NCBI GenBank assembly: GCA_041397845.1
Contig: JAWKVW010000006.1
Coordinates: 6,061 to 70,060 of the forward strand
DNA length: 64,000 bases
Source: Hyphomicrobiales bacterium
GTDB lineage: Bacteria; Pseudomonadota; Alphaproteobacteria; Rhizobiales; JAKPQE01
Direction: 5' to 3'
Made by a program: the position numbers and the translations under genes. Below are positions 54,624 to 64,000 of the stretch, piece after piece. Position 1 is the first letter of the stretch; each line of letters starts with the position of its first letter. The notes under the pieces were generated by a model that was not told the origin of the DNA, made no database searches, and worked only from the letters and a program-made list of their open reading frames with translations.

Positions 54624-54971
54624 ATGCGATTGAAAAAGCGCGCCGAATTTCTCGCTGCCGCCAAGGGACGGCGGTGTTCGCGCGCGACGCTGACCATGCA
54701 GTGCCGGCGGCGCGACGGCGACGAGAGCGGGCCGCGCTTCGGCTATACCGTGACCAAGAAGACCGGATGCTCGGTGGAGCGCAACCGCATGCGGCGGCGC
54801 TTTCGCGAGGCCGTCCGCAAGGTTGCGCCGGAACATGCCGCGGCCGGACATGACTACGTGCTGATCGCGCGGCGCCCGGCGCTCGAGGCTCCGTTCGCCT
54901 CGATCGTCGCGGACATTGTCGCATGCCTTCAGCGTTTCGGCGGGTCGCACGGCCCGGCCAAAGCAACGTGA
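54624..54971 (+). CDS. rnpA: Ribonuclease P protein component
   Basis: RLKKRAEFLAAAKGRRCSR...GPRFGYTVTKKTGCSVERNRMRRRFREAVRK. Confidence 0.93.
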   Translation: MRLKKRAEFLAAAKGRRCSRATLTMQCRRRDGDESGPRFGYTVTKKTGCSVERNRMRRRFREAVRKVAPEHAAAGHDYVLIARRPALEAPFASIVADIVACLQRFGGSHGPAKAT

Positions 54972-54973
54972 CG

Positions 54974-55012
54974 GCGATCGCGGGGGCCAAGGCCTCCGGG
55001 GTCGCCTTTTTT
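54974..55012 (+). terminator. Candidate intrinsic terminator after rnpA
   Basis: GGCGATC...GGTCGCC stem with GGGGGCC/GGCCTCC inner pairing, followed by a long T-run. Confidence 0.65.
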
Positions 55013-55136
55013 TGTTTGCCGTTCGCAGTCCTTCCGCATCCGGGCATCTTTCGGCGCCCCGCGGAAGACCGTGGACTGACTTGATAGAGAACAGACGGCA
55101 GGGACGGCCGGCCTGTTCGCAGCCGAGTGATCCGGG

Positions 55137-56978
55137 ATGGACGAGAACCGCAACTATCTGCTCGCAATCGCCCTGTCGCTGGTGATCCTCGTCGGATGGC
55201 AATTCTTCATTGCCGGACCGAAGATCGAGGCGCAGCGCCAGCGCGCCGCCATCGAGGCGCAACAGAACGAGCAGGCGGCGCCCGCGCCGCAGGGCCAGAC
55301 CGGCGAAGCCGCCCCCTCGGCGGTGCCGCAGGCGCAGGGCGAAAGCGGCGCTCCGGCGGTTCCGGCCGGCCCGGCGGCGAACGCGCCGACGACCGGCGAC
55401 CGCACCGCCGCCCTGGCCGCCGACGCCCGCATCGTCATTGACACCCCGGCGCTGTCGGGCTCGCTCAACCTCAAGGGCGGGCGGATCGACGACATCCGGC
55501 TGAAGAACTACCACGAGACCGTCGACCCGAAGAGCCCGACGATCGAGCTGCTGTCGCCGGCCGGCAGCGCCAATCCCTATTACGCCGATTTCGGCTGGGT
55601 CGCCGACACCGGCACGACCGTCGCCCTGCCCGGCCCGGAGACGCTGTGGACGGTGGAATCGGGCGACAAGCTCGAGCCCGGCAAGCCGCTGGTCATCGCC
55701 CACGACAACGGCCAGGGCGTCGTCTTCCGGCGCACCATCACGCTCGACGAGCGTTACATGTTCACCGTCGTCCAGTCGGTGGAGAACGGCAGCGGCCAGC
55801 CGATGACGCTCTATCCCTACGGCCTGCTGTCGCGGCAGGGCACGCCGCACACCACCGGCTACTACATCCTGCACGAGGGCCTCATCGGCGTTCTCGGCGA
55901 GGAGGGCCTCACCGAGGTCAAGTACAAGGACATCAAGGAGAAGCTGGAGCAGACGCATCGCGACGTCGGTCGCGGCTGGATCGGCATCACCGACAAGTAC
56001 TGGGCGGCGGTGCTGTTCCCGGACGATACGGCGCAGTTCGACGCGCGCTTCACCTATCGCCAGCGCAATGGCGTGGAGACCTACCAGACCGACTATCTCG
56101 GCAAGGCGCGCACCATCGCGGCCGGCGAGAAAGGCGAGACGACGGCGCGGCTCTTTGCCGGCGCCAAGGAGGTCGCGGCGGTCGACGGCTATGAAACCCA
56201 GTACAAGTTCGAGAACTTCGACCTCCTGATCGACTGGGGCTGGTTCTACTTCTTCACCAAGCCGCTGTTCTACATCATCGACTGGCTGTTCAAGATGTTC
56301 GGCAACTTCGGCGTGGCGATCCTGCTCGTCACCGTCCTGGTGAAGGCGATCTTCTTCCCGCTGGCGAACAAGTCCTACGTCTCGATGAGCCGGATGAAGA
56401 AGGTGCAGCCGTTGATGAAGGAGCTGCAGGACCGCTTCAAGGACGACAAGATGCGCCAGCAGCAGGCGCTGATGGAGCTCTACAAGAAAGAGAAGATCAA
56501 TCCGCTGTCCGGCTGCCTGCCGATCGTCGTCCAGATCCCGGTGTTCTTCGCGCTCTACAAGGTGCTGTTCATCACCATCGAGATGCGCCACGCGCCGTTC
56601 TTCGGCTGGATTCACGATCTTGCCGCGCCGGATCCGACCACGCTCTTCAACCTGTTCGGCCTCATTCCCTGGACGCCGCCGCAGATGCTGATGATCGGTA
56701 TCTGGCCGCTGATCATGGGCGTGACGATGTTCCTGCAGATGAAGCTCAACCCGGCACCGACCGATCCGGTGCAGGCTTCGATCTTCACCTGGATGCCGGT
56801 GATCTTCACCTTCATCCTCGGCTCGTTCCCGGCCGGCCTCGTCATCTACTGGAGCTGGAACAACTTCCTGTCGATCGTCCAGCAGATGACGATCATGAAG
56901 CGGCAGGGGGTCAAGATCGAGCTCTGGGACAATCTCGCCGCGATGCTGAAACGCGGCGCCAAGGACACGACCGGCTGA
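55137..56978 (+). CDS. yidC: Membrane protein insertase YidC
   Basis: [35 protein letters not shown]...[58 protein letters not shown]. Confidence 0.96.
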   Translation: MDENRNYLLAIALSLVILVGWQFFIAGPKIEAQRQRAAIEAQQNEQAAPAPQGQTGEAAPSAVPQAQGESGAPAVPAGPAANAPTTGDRTAALAADARIVIDTPALSGSLNLKGGRIDDIRLKNYHETVDPKSPTIELLSPAGSANPYYADFGWVADTGTTVALPGPETLWTVESGDKLEPGKPLVIAHDNGQGVVFRRTITLDERYMFTVVQSVENGSGQPMTLYPYGLLSRQGTPHTTGYYILHEGLIGVLGEEGLTEVKYKDIKEKLEQTHRDVGRGWIGITDKYWAAVLFPDDTAQFDARFTYRQRNGVETYQTDYLGKARTIAAGEKGETTARLFAGAKEVAAVDGYETQYKFENFDLLIDWGWFYFFTKPLFYIIDWLFKMFGNFGVAILLVTVLVKAIFFPLANKSYVSMSRMKKVQPLMKELQDRFKDDKMRQQQALMELYKKEKINPLSGCLPIVVQIPVFFALYKVLFITIEMRHAPFFGWIHDLAAPDPTTLFNLFGLIPWTPPQMLMIGIWPLIMGVTMFLQMKLNPAPTDPVQASIFTWMPVIFTFILGSFPAGLVIYWSWNNFLSIVQQMTIMKRQGVKIELWDNLAAMLKRGAKDTTG

Positions 56979-56991
56979 GCGGACGCTTCCC

Positions 56992-57669
56992 ATGACCGAC
57001 ACGGCGCGGGACGCCGCCCTTGCAGAAGCAGCGCTCAGGACATTTCAGGTGCCCTGGGCGTTCCGCACCGAGGTCCGGCATCTTGAAGACCTGCCGGCGA
57101 TCGAGGGCGTCGAGATCGCCTTTGCCGGGCGCTCGAATGTCGGCAAGTCGAGCCTCATCAACGCCCTCACCTTCCAGAAGTCGCTGGCGCGGACCTCGAA
57201 CACGCCGGGGCGCACGCAGGGTCTCGTGCTGTTCACCGGCGCGCCGGGCCTGACCATGATCGACATGCCCGGCTATGGCTATGCCGAGGCGCCCAAGCAC
57301 ACGGTCGACACCTGGACGAAGCTCATCCTCGACTATCTGCGCGGCCGGCCGACGCTGCGCCGGGTGTTCCTGCTCATCGATTCGCGGCACGGCCTGAAGA
57401 AGACCGACGTGCAGGTGATGGACCTGCTCGACAAGTCCGCCGTCGGCTACCAGATCGTGCTGACCAAGGCCGACAAGCCGAAGGGTGTCGATCTCGACAA
57501 GACCGAGGCGGCCGTCGCCAAGGCGATCGCCAAGCGGCCGGCGGCGCATCCGGTCATCATCCGGACGTCCTCGATTGCCGGCAGCGGCCTTGAGACGCTG
57601 CGCACAGAAATCTACACGCTGACGCTCGGCCCCGGCGAGTGGCCGACGGCGAGCGACGAATTGCGGTAG
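56992..57669 (+). CDS. engB: Ribosome biogenesis GTP-binding protein YihA/YsxC
   Basis: [41 protein letters not shown]...[15 protein letters not shown]...LTKADKPK. Confidence 0.95.
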   Translation: MTDTARDAALAEAALRTFQVPWAFRTEVRHLEDLPAIEGVEIAFAGRSNVGKSSLINALTFQKSLARTSNTPGRTQGLVLFTGAPGLTMIDMPGYGYAEAPKHTVDTWTKLILDYLRGRPTLRRVFLLIDSRHGLKKTDVQVMDLLDKSAVGYQIVLTKADKPKGVDLDKTEAAVAKAIAKRPAAHPVIIRTSSIAGSGLETLRTEIYTLTLGPGEWPTASDELR

Positions 57670-57799
57670 CCATGGCGCGACGCCGGCCCTTCACAGGCCG
57701 GCCGCAAGCGGCTATTCAAACGAGCGGAACGTGGCGGCGCGGCGCAGCCGATGACGGGCGTTCCGGATGATCGGGGCCTATTCCAGCGAGGGCGAAGCG

Positions 57800-58768
57800 A
57801 TGGCGGCAAACGATCCGAAACTCGTGACGGTGTTCGGCGGCTCCGGCTTTGTCGGGCGGCACGTCGTCAGGGCGCTGGTCAAGCGCGGCCACAGGGTGCG
57901 CGTTGCGGTGCGCCGGCCGGATCTGGCGAACTTCCTGCAGCCGATCGGCGCGGTCGGCCAGATCCACGCCGTGCAGGCCAATCTTCGCTATCCCGATTCG
58001 GTGGCGCGGGCCGTTGATGGCGCCGACGCCGTCGTCAACGCGGTCGGCATTCTCTACGAGACCGGCAAGCAGCGCTTCGGCGCGGTGCAGGCGACCGGCC
58101 CGAAGGCAATCGCCGAGGCGGCGCGCGATGCCGGTATCGGCAATTTCGTGCAGATCTCGGCGATCGGCGCCGATGCCGGCTCGAAGTCTGATTATGCCAA
58201 GACCAAGGCGGCCGGCGAGACCGCCGTCTTCAACGCGGTGCCCGGCGCTGTCGTGCTGCGGCCCTCGATCGTGTTCGGACCGGAAGACGATTTCTTCAAC
58301 CGCTTCGCGGCGATGGCCCGGCTGTCGCCGGTGCTGCCGCTGATCGGCGGCGGCAAGACCCGGTTCCAGCCGGTGTTCGTCGGCGACGTCGCGGCGGCCG
58401 TTGCCAAGGCGGTCTCGGGCGAGGCCAAGGCCGGCACGGTCTATGAGCTCGGCGGGCCGCAGGTCTTCACCTTCGCCGAACTGATGGAGCTGATGCTGAA
58501 GGTCATCGCCCGCAAGCGCCTGCTGGTGCCGGTGCCGGGCATTCCGGCAAAGCTCATGGCGCGGGTGCTGGAGCTGCTGCCGAAGCCGCTGCTGACCTGC
58601 GACCAGTTGATCATGCTCGAGAAGGACAATGTCGTCAGCGACGCGGCGATCGCGGAAGGGCGCACGCTCGCCGGTCTCGGACTGACAACGGAAACGCTGG
58701 CGGCCGAGCCGAGCTATCTCTACCGCTTCCGGGCGCACGGCCAGTTCGAGGCGCAGCGCAGCTTCTGA
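57800..58768 (+). CDS. Complex I NDUFA9-family NAD(P)-binding protein
   Basis: LVTVFGGSGFVGRHVVRALVKRGHRVRVAVRRPDLANFLQPIGAVGQI...YAKTKAAGETAVFNAVPGAVVLRPSIVFGPEDDFFNRFA. Confidence 0.91.
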   Translation: MAANDPKLVTVFGGSGFVGRHVVRALVKRGHRVRVAVRRPDLANFLQPIGAVGQIHAVQANLRYPDSVARAVDGADAVVNAVGILYETGKQRFGAVQATGPKAIAEAARDAGIGNFVQISAIGADAGSKSDYAKTKAAGETAVFNAVPGAVVLRPSIVFGPEDDFFNRFAAMARLSPVLPLIGGGKTRFQPVFVGDVAAAVAKAVSGEAKAGTVYELGGPQVFTFAELMELMLKVIARKRLLVPVPGIPAKLMARVLELLPKPLLTCDQLIMLEKDNVVSDAAIAEGRTLAGLGLTTETLAAEPSYLYRFRAHGQFEAQRSF

Positions 58769-58798
58769 GTGGCGCGCCGGCGACCCCTCACCAACGAC

Positions 58799-58823
58799 AA
58801 AGGGCGGCCTCGTGCCGCCCTTT
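58799..58823. terminator. Hairpin between convergent genes, probable terminator
   Basis: AAAGGGCGGC-ctcgt-GCCGCCCTTT perfect 10-bp stem. Confidence 0.78.
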
Positions 58824-58849
58824 GCATGTCGGGTCAGGTGGCCACCGTC

Positions 58850-59598
58850 ATATCACCGGGCGAGGCCGGCGAGGAAGGCGGCGAGATCGTCGGTGACGAA
58901 CTCGCACATGCGGGTCGACGGCGCCTTCCAGTTCCCATTCCTCGCGAAACACCTGGCGGGTGCCTCGGCACAATGAGCACCGTGCGCATGCCGATCTCGT
59001 GCGGTACGGCGAGATTGCGCGGCAGGTCCTCGAACATCGCCGCGCGCTTCGGGTCGATGCCGGTGCGGGCGATGAAGCGGTCGTAGGTCTCGCGGTACGG
59101 CTTGGGCATGTGGTCGGCGGCAACGATGTCGAAGATGTCGTCGAAATGCCCGGCGATGCCGAGGCGGCCGGCGACCTTCTCGGCGTGGGACACCGAGCCG
59201 TTGGTGAAGATGTATTTGCGCCCGGCAAGGCCGGCGATCGCCTCGCCGAGGGCGGGATCGGGCGGCACCGGCGAATGGTCGATGTCGTGAACGAACTCGA
59301 GGAACGCGTCCGGCGATATGCCGTGCTCGATCATCAGGCCGCGCATGGTGGTGCCGTAGCGCTGGTAGTAATCCTTCTGCACCCGGTAGGCATCATCCGG
59401 TCCGAGGTCGAGCAGGCGCTCGACATAGGTGCGGATCTTCACGTCGATCTGGGCAAACAGATTGACGTGCTCCGGATAGAGGGTGTTGTCGAGATCGAAC
59501 ACCCAGCTATCGATGCCGGCGAAGGCCTCTTGCGGCGCAAGGCCCGAGGAACTGGTCACGGCGGCGGCCTCAGTGCTTGATGAGGGTGCCGACGCCAT
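58850..59598 (-). CDS. Pyrimidine 5'-nucleotidase (HAD family), frameshift near 58940
   Basis: [35 protein letters not shown]...[18 protein letters not shown]...[20 protein letters not shown]. The [16 protein letters not shown] end is in another frame (ORF 58848..59228). Confidence 0.88.
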
Positions 59599-60490
59599 GA
59601 TCGGTGTAGAGCTCGAGCAGCACGGCGTGGGGCACGCGGCCGTCGAGAATGACGACGCCCTCGACGCCCTGGCGCAGCGACTGGATGCAGGTCTCGACCT
59701 TCGGGATCATGCCGCCGGAGATGGTGCCGTCGGCGATGAGGGCCTTGGCCTCGGAGACGGTGAGTTCGCGGATGAGCTTGCCGTCGCGATCGAGGACACC
59801 GGCGACATCCGTCAGGAACAGCAGGCGACGGGCGCCGAGCGCGCCGGCAATCGCGCCGGCGAACGTGTCGGCATTGACGTTGTAGGTCTCGCCGTCGTCA
59901 CCGAAGGCAACAGGGGCAATGACCGGCACGAGATCGGAATGGGCGATGACGTCGAGAACCTTGCGGTTGACGGTGTCGGGCTCGCCGACGAAGCCGAGGT
60001 CGATGACCTTCTCGATGTTCGAATCGGGGTCCTTCATGGTGCGGGTCGCCTTCCTGGCGCGCACCATGTTGCCGTCCTTGCCGCAAAGGCCGATGGCGCG
60101 GCCGCCGGCATGATTGATCGAGGCGACGATCTGCTTGTTGATGAGGCCGGCGAGAACCATCTCGACGATTTCGACGGTGGCCTTGTCGGTGACGCGCAGG
60201 CCGCCGCGGAACTCGCTCTTGATGCCGAGACGCTCCAGCATCGAGCCGATCTGCGGGCCGCCGCCATGAACGACGACCGGATTGACGCCGCTCTGCTTCA
60301 GGAGCGCGATGTCGCGGGCAAAGGCGTTGGCCGTCGCATCGTCGACCATGGCGTGGCCGCCGTATTTCACCACCACGGTCTGACTGTCGTAGCGCTGCAT
60401 GTAGGGCAGCGCGCCGGACAGCACGCGGGCTTCGCGGACATAGATATCGCGGCGGGATTCGGCGTCGTCGGTCATTGGTCCGTCCGTCAT
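59570..60490 (-). CDS. argB: Acetylglutamate kinase
   Basis: [24 protein letters not shown]...[29 protein letters not shown]...[32 protein letters not shown]. Confidence 0.95.
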   Translation of the reverse strand: MTDGPMTDDAESRRDIYVREARVLSGALPYMQRYDSQTVVVKYGGHAMVDDATANAFARDIALLKQSGVNPVVVHGGGPQIGSMLERLGIKSEFRGGLRVTDKATVEIVEMVLAGLINKQIVASINHAGGRAIGLCGKDGNMVRARKATRTMKDPDSNIEKVIDLGFVGEPDTVNRKVLDVIAHSDLVPVIAPVAFGDDGETYNVNADTFAGAIAGALGARRLLFLTDVAGVLDRDGKLIRELTVSEAKALIADGTISGGMIPKVETCIQSLRQGVEGVVILDGRVPHAVLLELYTDHGVGTLIKH

Positions 60491-60609
60491 CGGGGTCAAT
60501 CCGTATGGCCGGGCACGACGTGGTGCGAAGCGCCGGTCCCGTCGGGTCTTAGCGCTTTTCCCCTCGCCTCTCAATGCCCCGGCCGAGAGGCCGCCCTTTG
60601 CCGGCCGCC

Positions 60610-61173
60610 TCAGCGGTCAGCGAATTCCTCGACGAGATCGCGCAGCTCGAGGGCACGCTCGGCGGTCGTCTCCATCGAGCAATAGGCAGAGGCCGGGATG
60701 CCGGCGGTGCCGCCCTCGAACCTGGCATGGGCGAAGCCGCATTTGGCATCGCGCCATTTGATCCAGAGGCGCTGGACGTCGCGATATTCCGTGGCAACCC
60801 CGGCCGGCATGGCGTCGCGGGCCATTGCGTACCAGTCATTCAGGAGCCCGTCCCAGATCGCCTCCTCACGGCGGGCGCAGCCGGCCATGCCGTGGGTATG
60901 CTGGTTCTCGGGATCCTCAAGGCAAGGGTCGGCGACGATGCCGATGCAGTCATGGGCGATATCGCGGCGCGTGGCTCCGGCCGAAGCCTCGAGGCAATCA
61001 TGGATCGTCTGGATGTGATCCGCGGTCGGGGCATAGGGACTGTCGTCGGACGCGGCAAGTGCGCCGCACCGGCCGACAGCGATGGCAGCAACAGCGCGGG
61101 GATGCGTCGCATGGAGGCTGCTTCCGGGCGAGCGGCACGGTCGCGGCACGATGCCGATGTGTCTGCCGCTCAA
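60610..61173 (-). CDS. Putative exported protein, LprI (DUF1311)-like
   Basis: Cys-containing ORF with [28 protein letters not shown]...[21 protein letters not shown]...[43 protein letters not shown]. Confidence 0.65.
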   Translation of the reverse strand: MSGRHIGIVPRPCRSPGSSLHATHPRAVAAIAVGRCGALAASDDSPYAPTADHIQTIHDCLEASAGATRRDIAHDCIGIVADPCLEDPENQHTHGMAGCARREEAIWDGLLNDWYAMARDAMPAGVATEYRDVQRLWIKWRDAKCGFAHARFEGGTAGIPASAYCSMETTAERALELRDLVEEFADR

Positions 61174-61258
61174 CGATTAGCCGGTTTGCAGATGCACCTC
61201 AATCGGCAGGCACGCGGAGTCTGGAGGGCCTGGACCCCTCACCTCTCGCCCTTGGGGC

Positions 61259-61296
61259 CAGCCCTCACCCTAACCCTCTCCCCAACGGGGAGAGGG
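61259..61296. repeat. Intergenic repeat-like sequence CCCTCACCCTAACCCTCTCCCC-aac-GGGGAGAGGG
   Basis: Perfect 10-bp inverted repeat (61274-61283 / 61287-61296) preceded by CCCTCACCCTAA; matches a common intergenic repeat type in alphaproteobacteria by general knowledge. Confidence 0.5.
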
Positions 61297-61377
61297 ACGC
61301 AAGGTGCTCGCTCGTGAAGCCCTCGCGAGCTGCGGGCGCGGCGCGACCGACCGGCGCCCGCGAGCTCATCCCGTCGC

Positions 61378-63024
<1,647 letters not shown>

Positions 63025-63119
63025 AGCGGTTCATCTCTGCCGATCACGTGAATTCCGGGAACAAAAGGCCGGCGGCCTGACGCGCGGGCCGGCGCGATAT
63101 GGCGGCCGGTCGAACACCT

Positions 63120-63926
63120 CGCCGGGCCGGGCACGTCCGCCATCGAATAAACGCCGGGCTTGCGGCCCCGGCCCCAGAGCGCGGCCTTGACGGCGCCACG
63201 CGAGAAGATGGTGCGATCCCCGGCGCGGTGGGTGAAGCCGATGCGCTCGCCCTCGCCGGCCAGGATGACGGTGTGGTCGCCGATGACCGAGCCGCCGCGC
63301 AGGGTGGCAAAGCCGATGTCGCCGACCGGGCGCGGGCCGGTGTGGCCGTCGCGGGTGCGCACCGAACGCTCGCCGAGGGCGATGCCCCGGCCGCTGGCGG
63401 CGGCCTTCCCGAGCAGGAGCGCAGTGCCCGAGGGGGCGTCGACCTTGTGGCGGTGATGCATCTCGACGATCTCGATGTCGAACTCCTCGGAGAGCGCCTT
63501 GGCGGCGCGCTGGACGAGGGCGGCAAGGAGATTGACGCCAAGGCTCATATTGCCGGAGCGAACGATGACGGCATGGCGGCCGGCGGCGCGGATACGCTCG
63601 TCATCGGCGGCGGAAAGGCCGGTGGTGCCGATGACGTGGACGATACGGGCCTGGGCGGCGATCGCCGAGAAGGCGACGGTCGCGGCCGGCGAGGTGAAGT
63701 CGAGAACGCCATCCGCCCTGGCAAAGACCGGCAGCGGATCGTCGCTGACCGCGACACCGAGGGCATCGAGGCCGGCAAGACGCCCGGCATCCTCGCCAAG
63801 GGCCGGCGAGCCCTCGCGCTCGATGGCGCCGACAAGGGTCGCGCCCTCGGTCGAGGCCACCATGCGGACCAGCGCCTGACCCATCCGCCCGGCCGCGCCG
63901 ACAACCACGAGCCGCATCTCGGACAT
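63120..63926 (-). CDS. dapB: 4-hydroxy-tetrahydrodipicolinate reductase; C-terminal end likely frameshifted
   Basis: [44 protein letters not shown]...[34 protein letters not shown]...[22 protein letters not shown]...[11 protein letters not shown]. The open frame runs on beyond the expected stop. Confidence 0.92.
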
Positions 63927-64000
63927 GATCATTCTCCCGATGTTCTTCTTCGCATTGCGGTATAGCAGTGCTGCCGCGCCGGCGGAAGCCAGACCTTGCG

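Noticed and set aside
61259-61296. Intrinsic terminator at the GGGGAGAGGG hairpin
   Set aside because: Strong stem but no T-run on either side; better described as an intergenic repeat.

Overview
This 64 kb window reads as ordinary high-GC alphaproteobacterial (Rhizobiales-like) chromosome. It is densely packed with housekeeping and metabolic genes. I found no convincing phage, transposase, CRISPR array, toxin/antitoxin or defence island. Recognisable blocks are: a YnjB/YnjC-like ABC transporter (edge); gyrB; a GlxA-type regulator divergent from a DJ-1/PfpI protein; infC with a probable ATT start; rsmE-gshA; a TRAP binding protein; mbfA; a cyclopropane synthase; tRNA-Ala(GGC)-FYDLN protein-aroA-cmk joined directly to hisF-hisE-coaA; a two-component system with PepSY, diheme cytochrome c, DUF1924/SHP-like cytochrome and cytochrome b561-diheme fusion; a Tup-type tungstate ABC transporter; an SLC5-like hybrid histidine kinase; an exonuclease-CBS-DUF294 fusion; mscL; FixJ-like and FixK-like regulators; rpmH-rnpA-yidC-engB; argB; gpmI; dapB. 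Frameshifts in core genes (gyrB, gpmI, probably dapB) concentrate at the two window ends, which suggests indel errors near contig ends rather than pseudogenes. The best functional lead is the SHP/DHC-like redox cluster at 32.9-37.5 kb. It resembles a family already described in phototrophic proteobacteria, so I do not claim a wholly new system.
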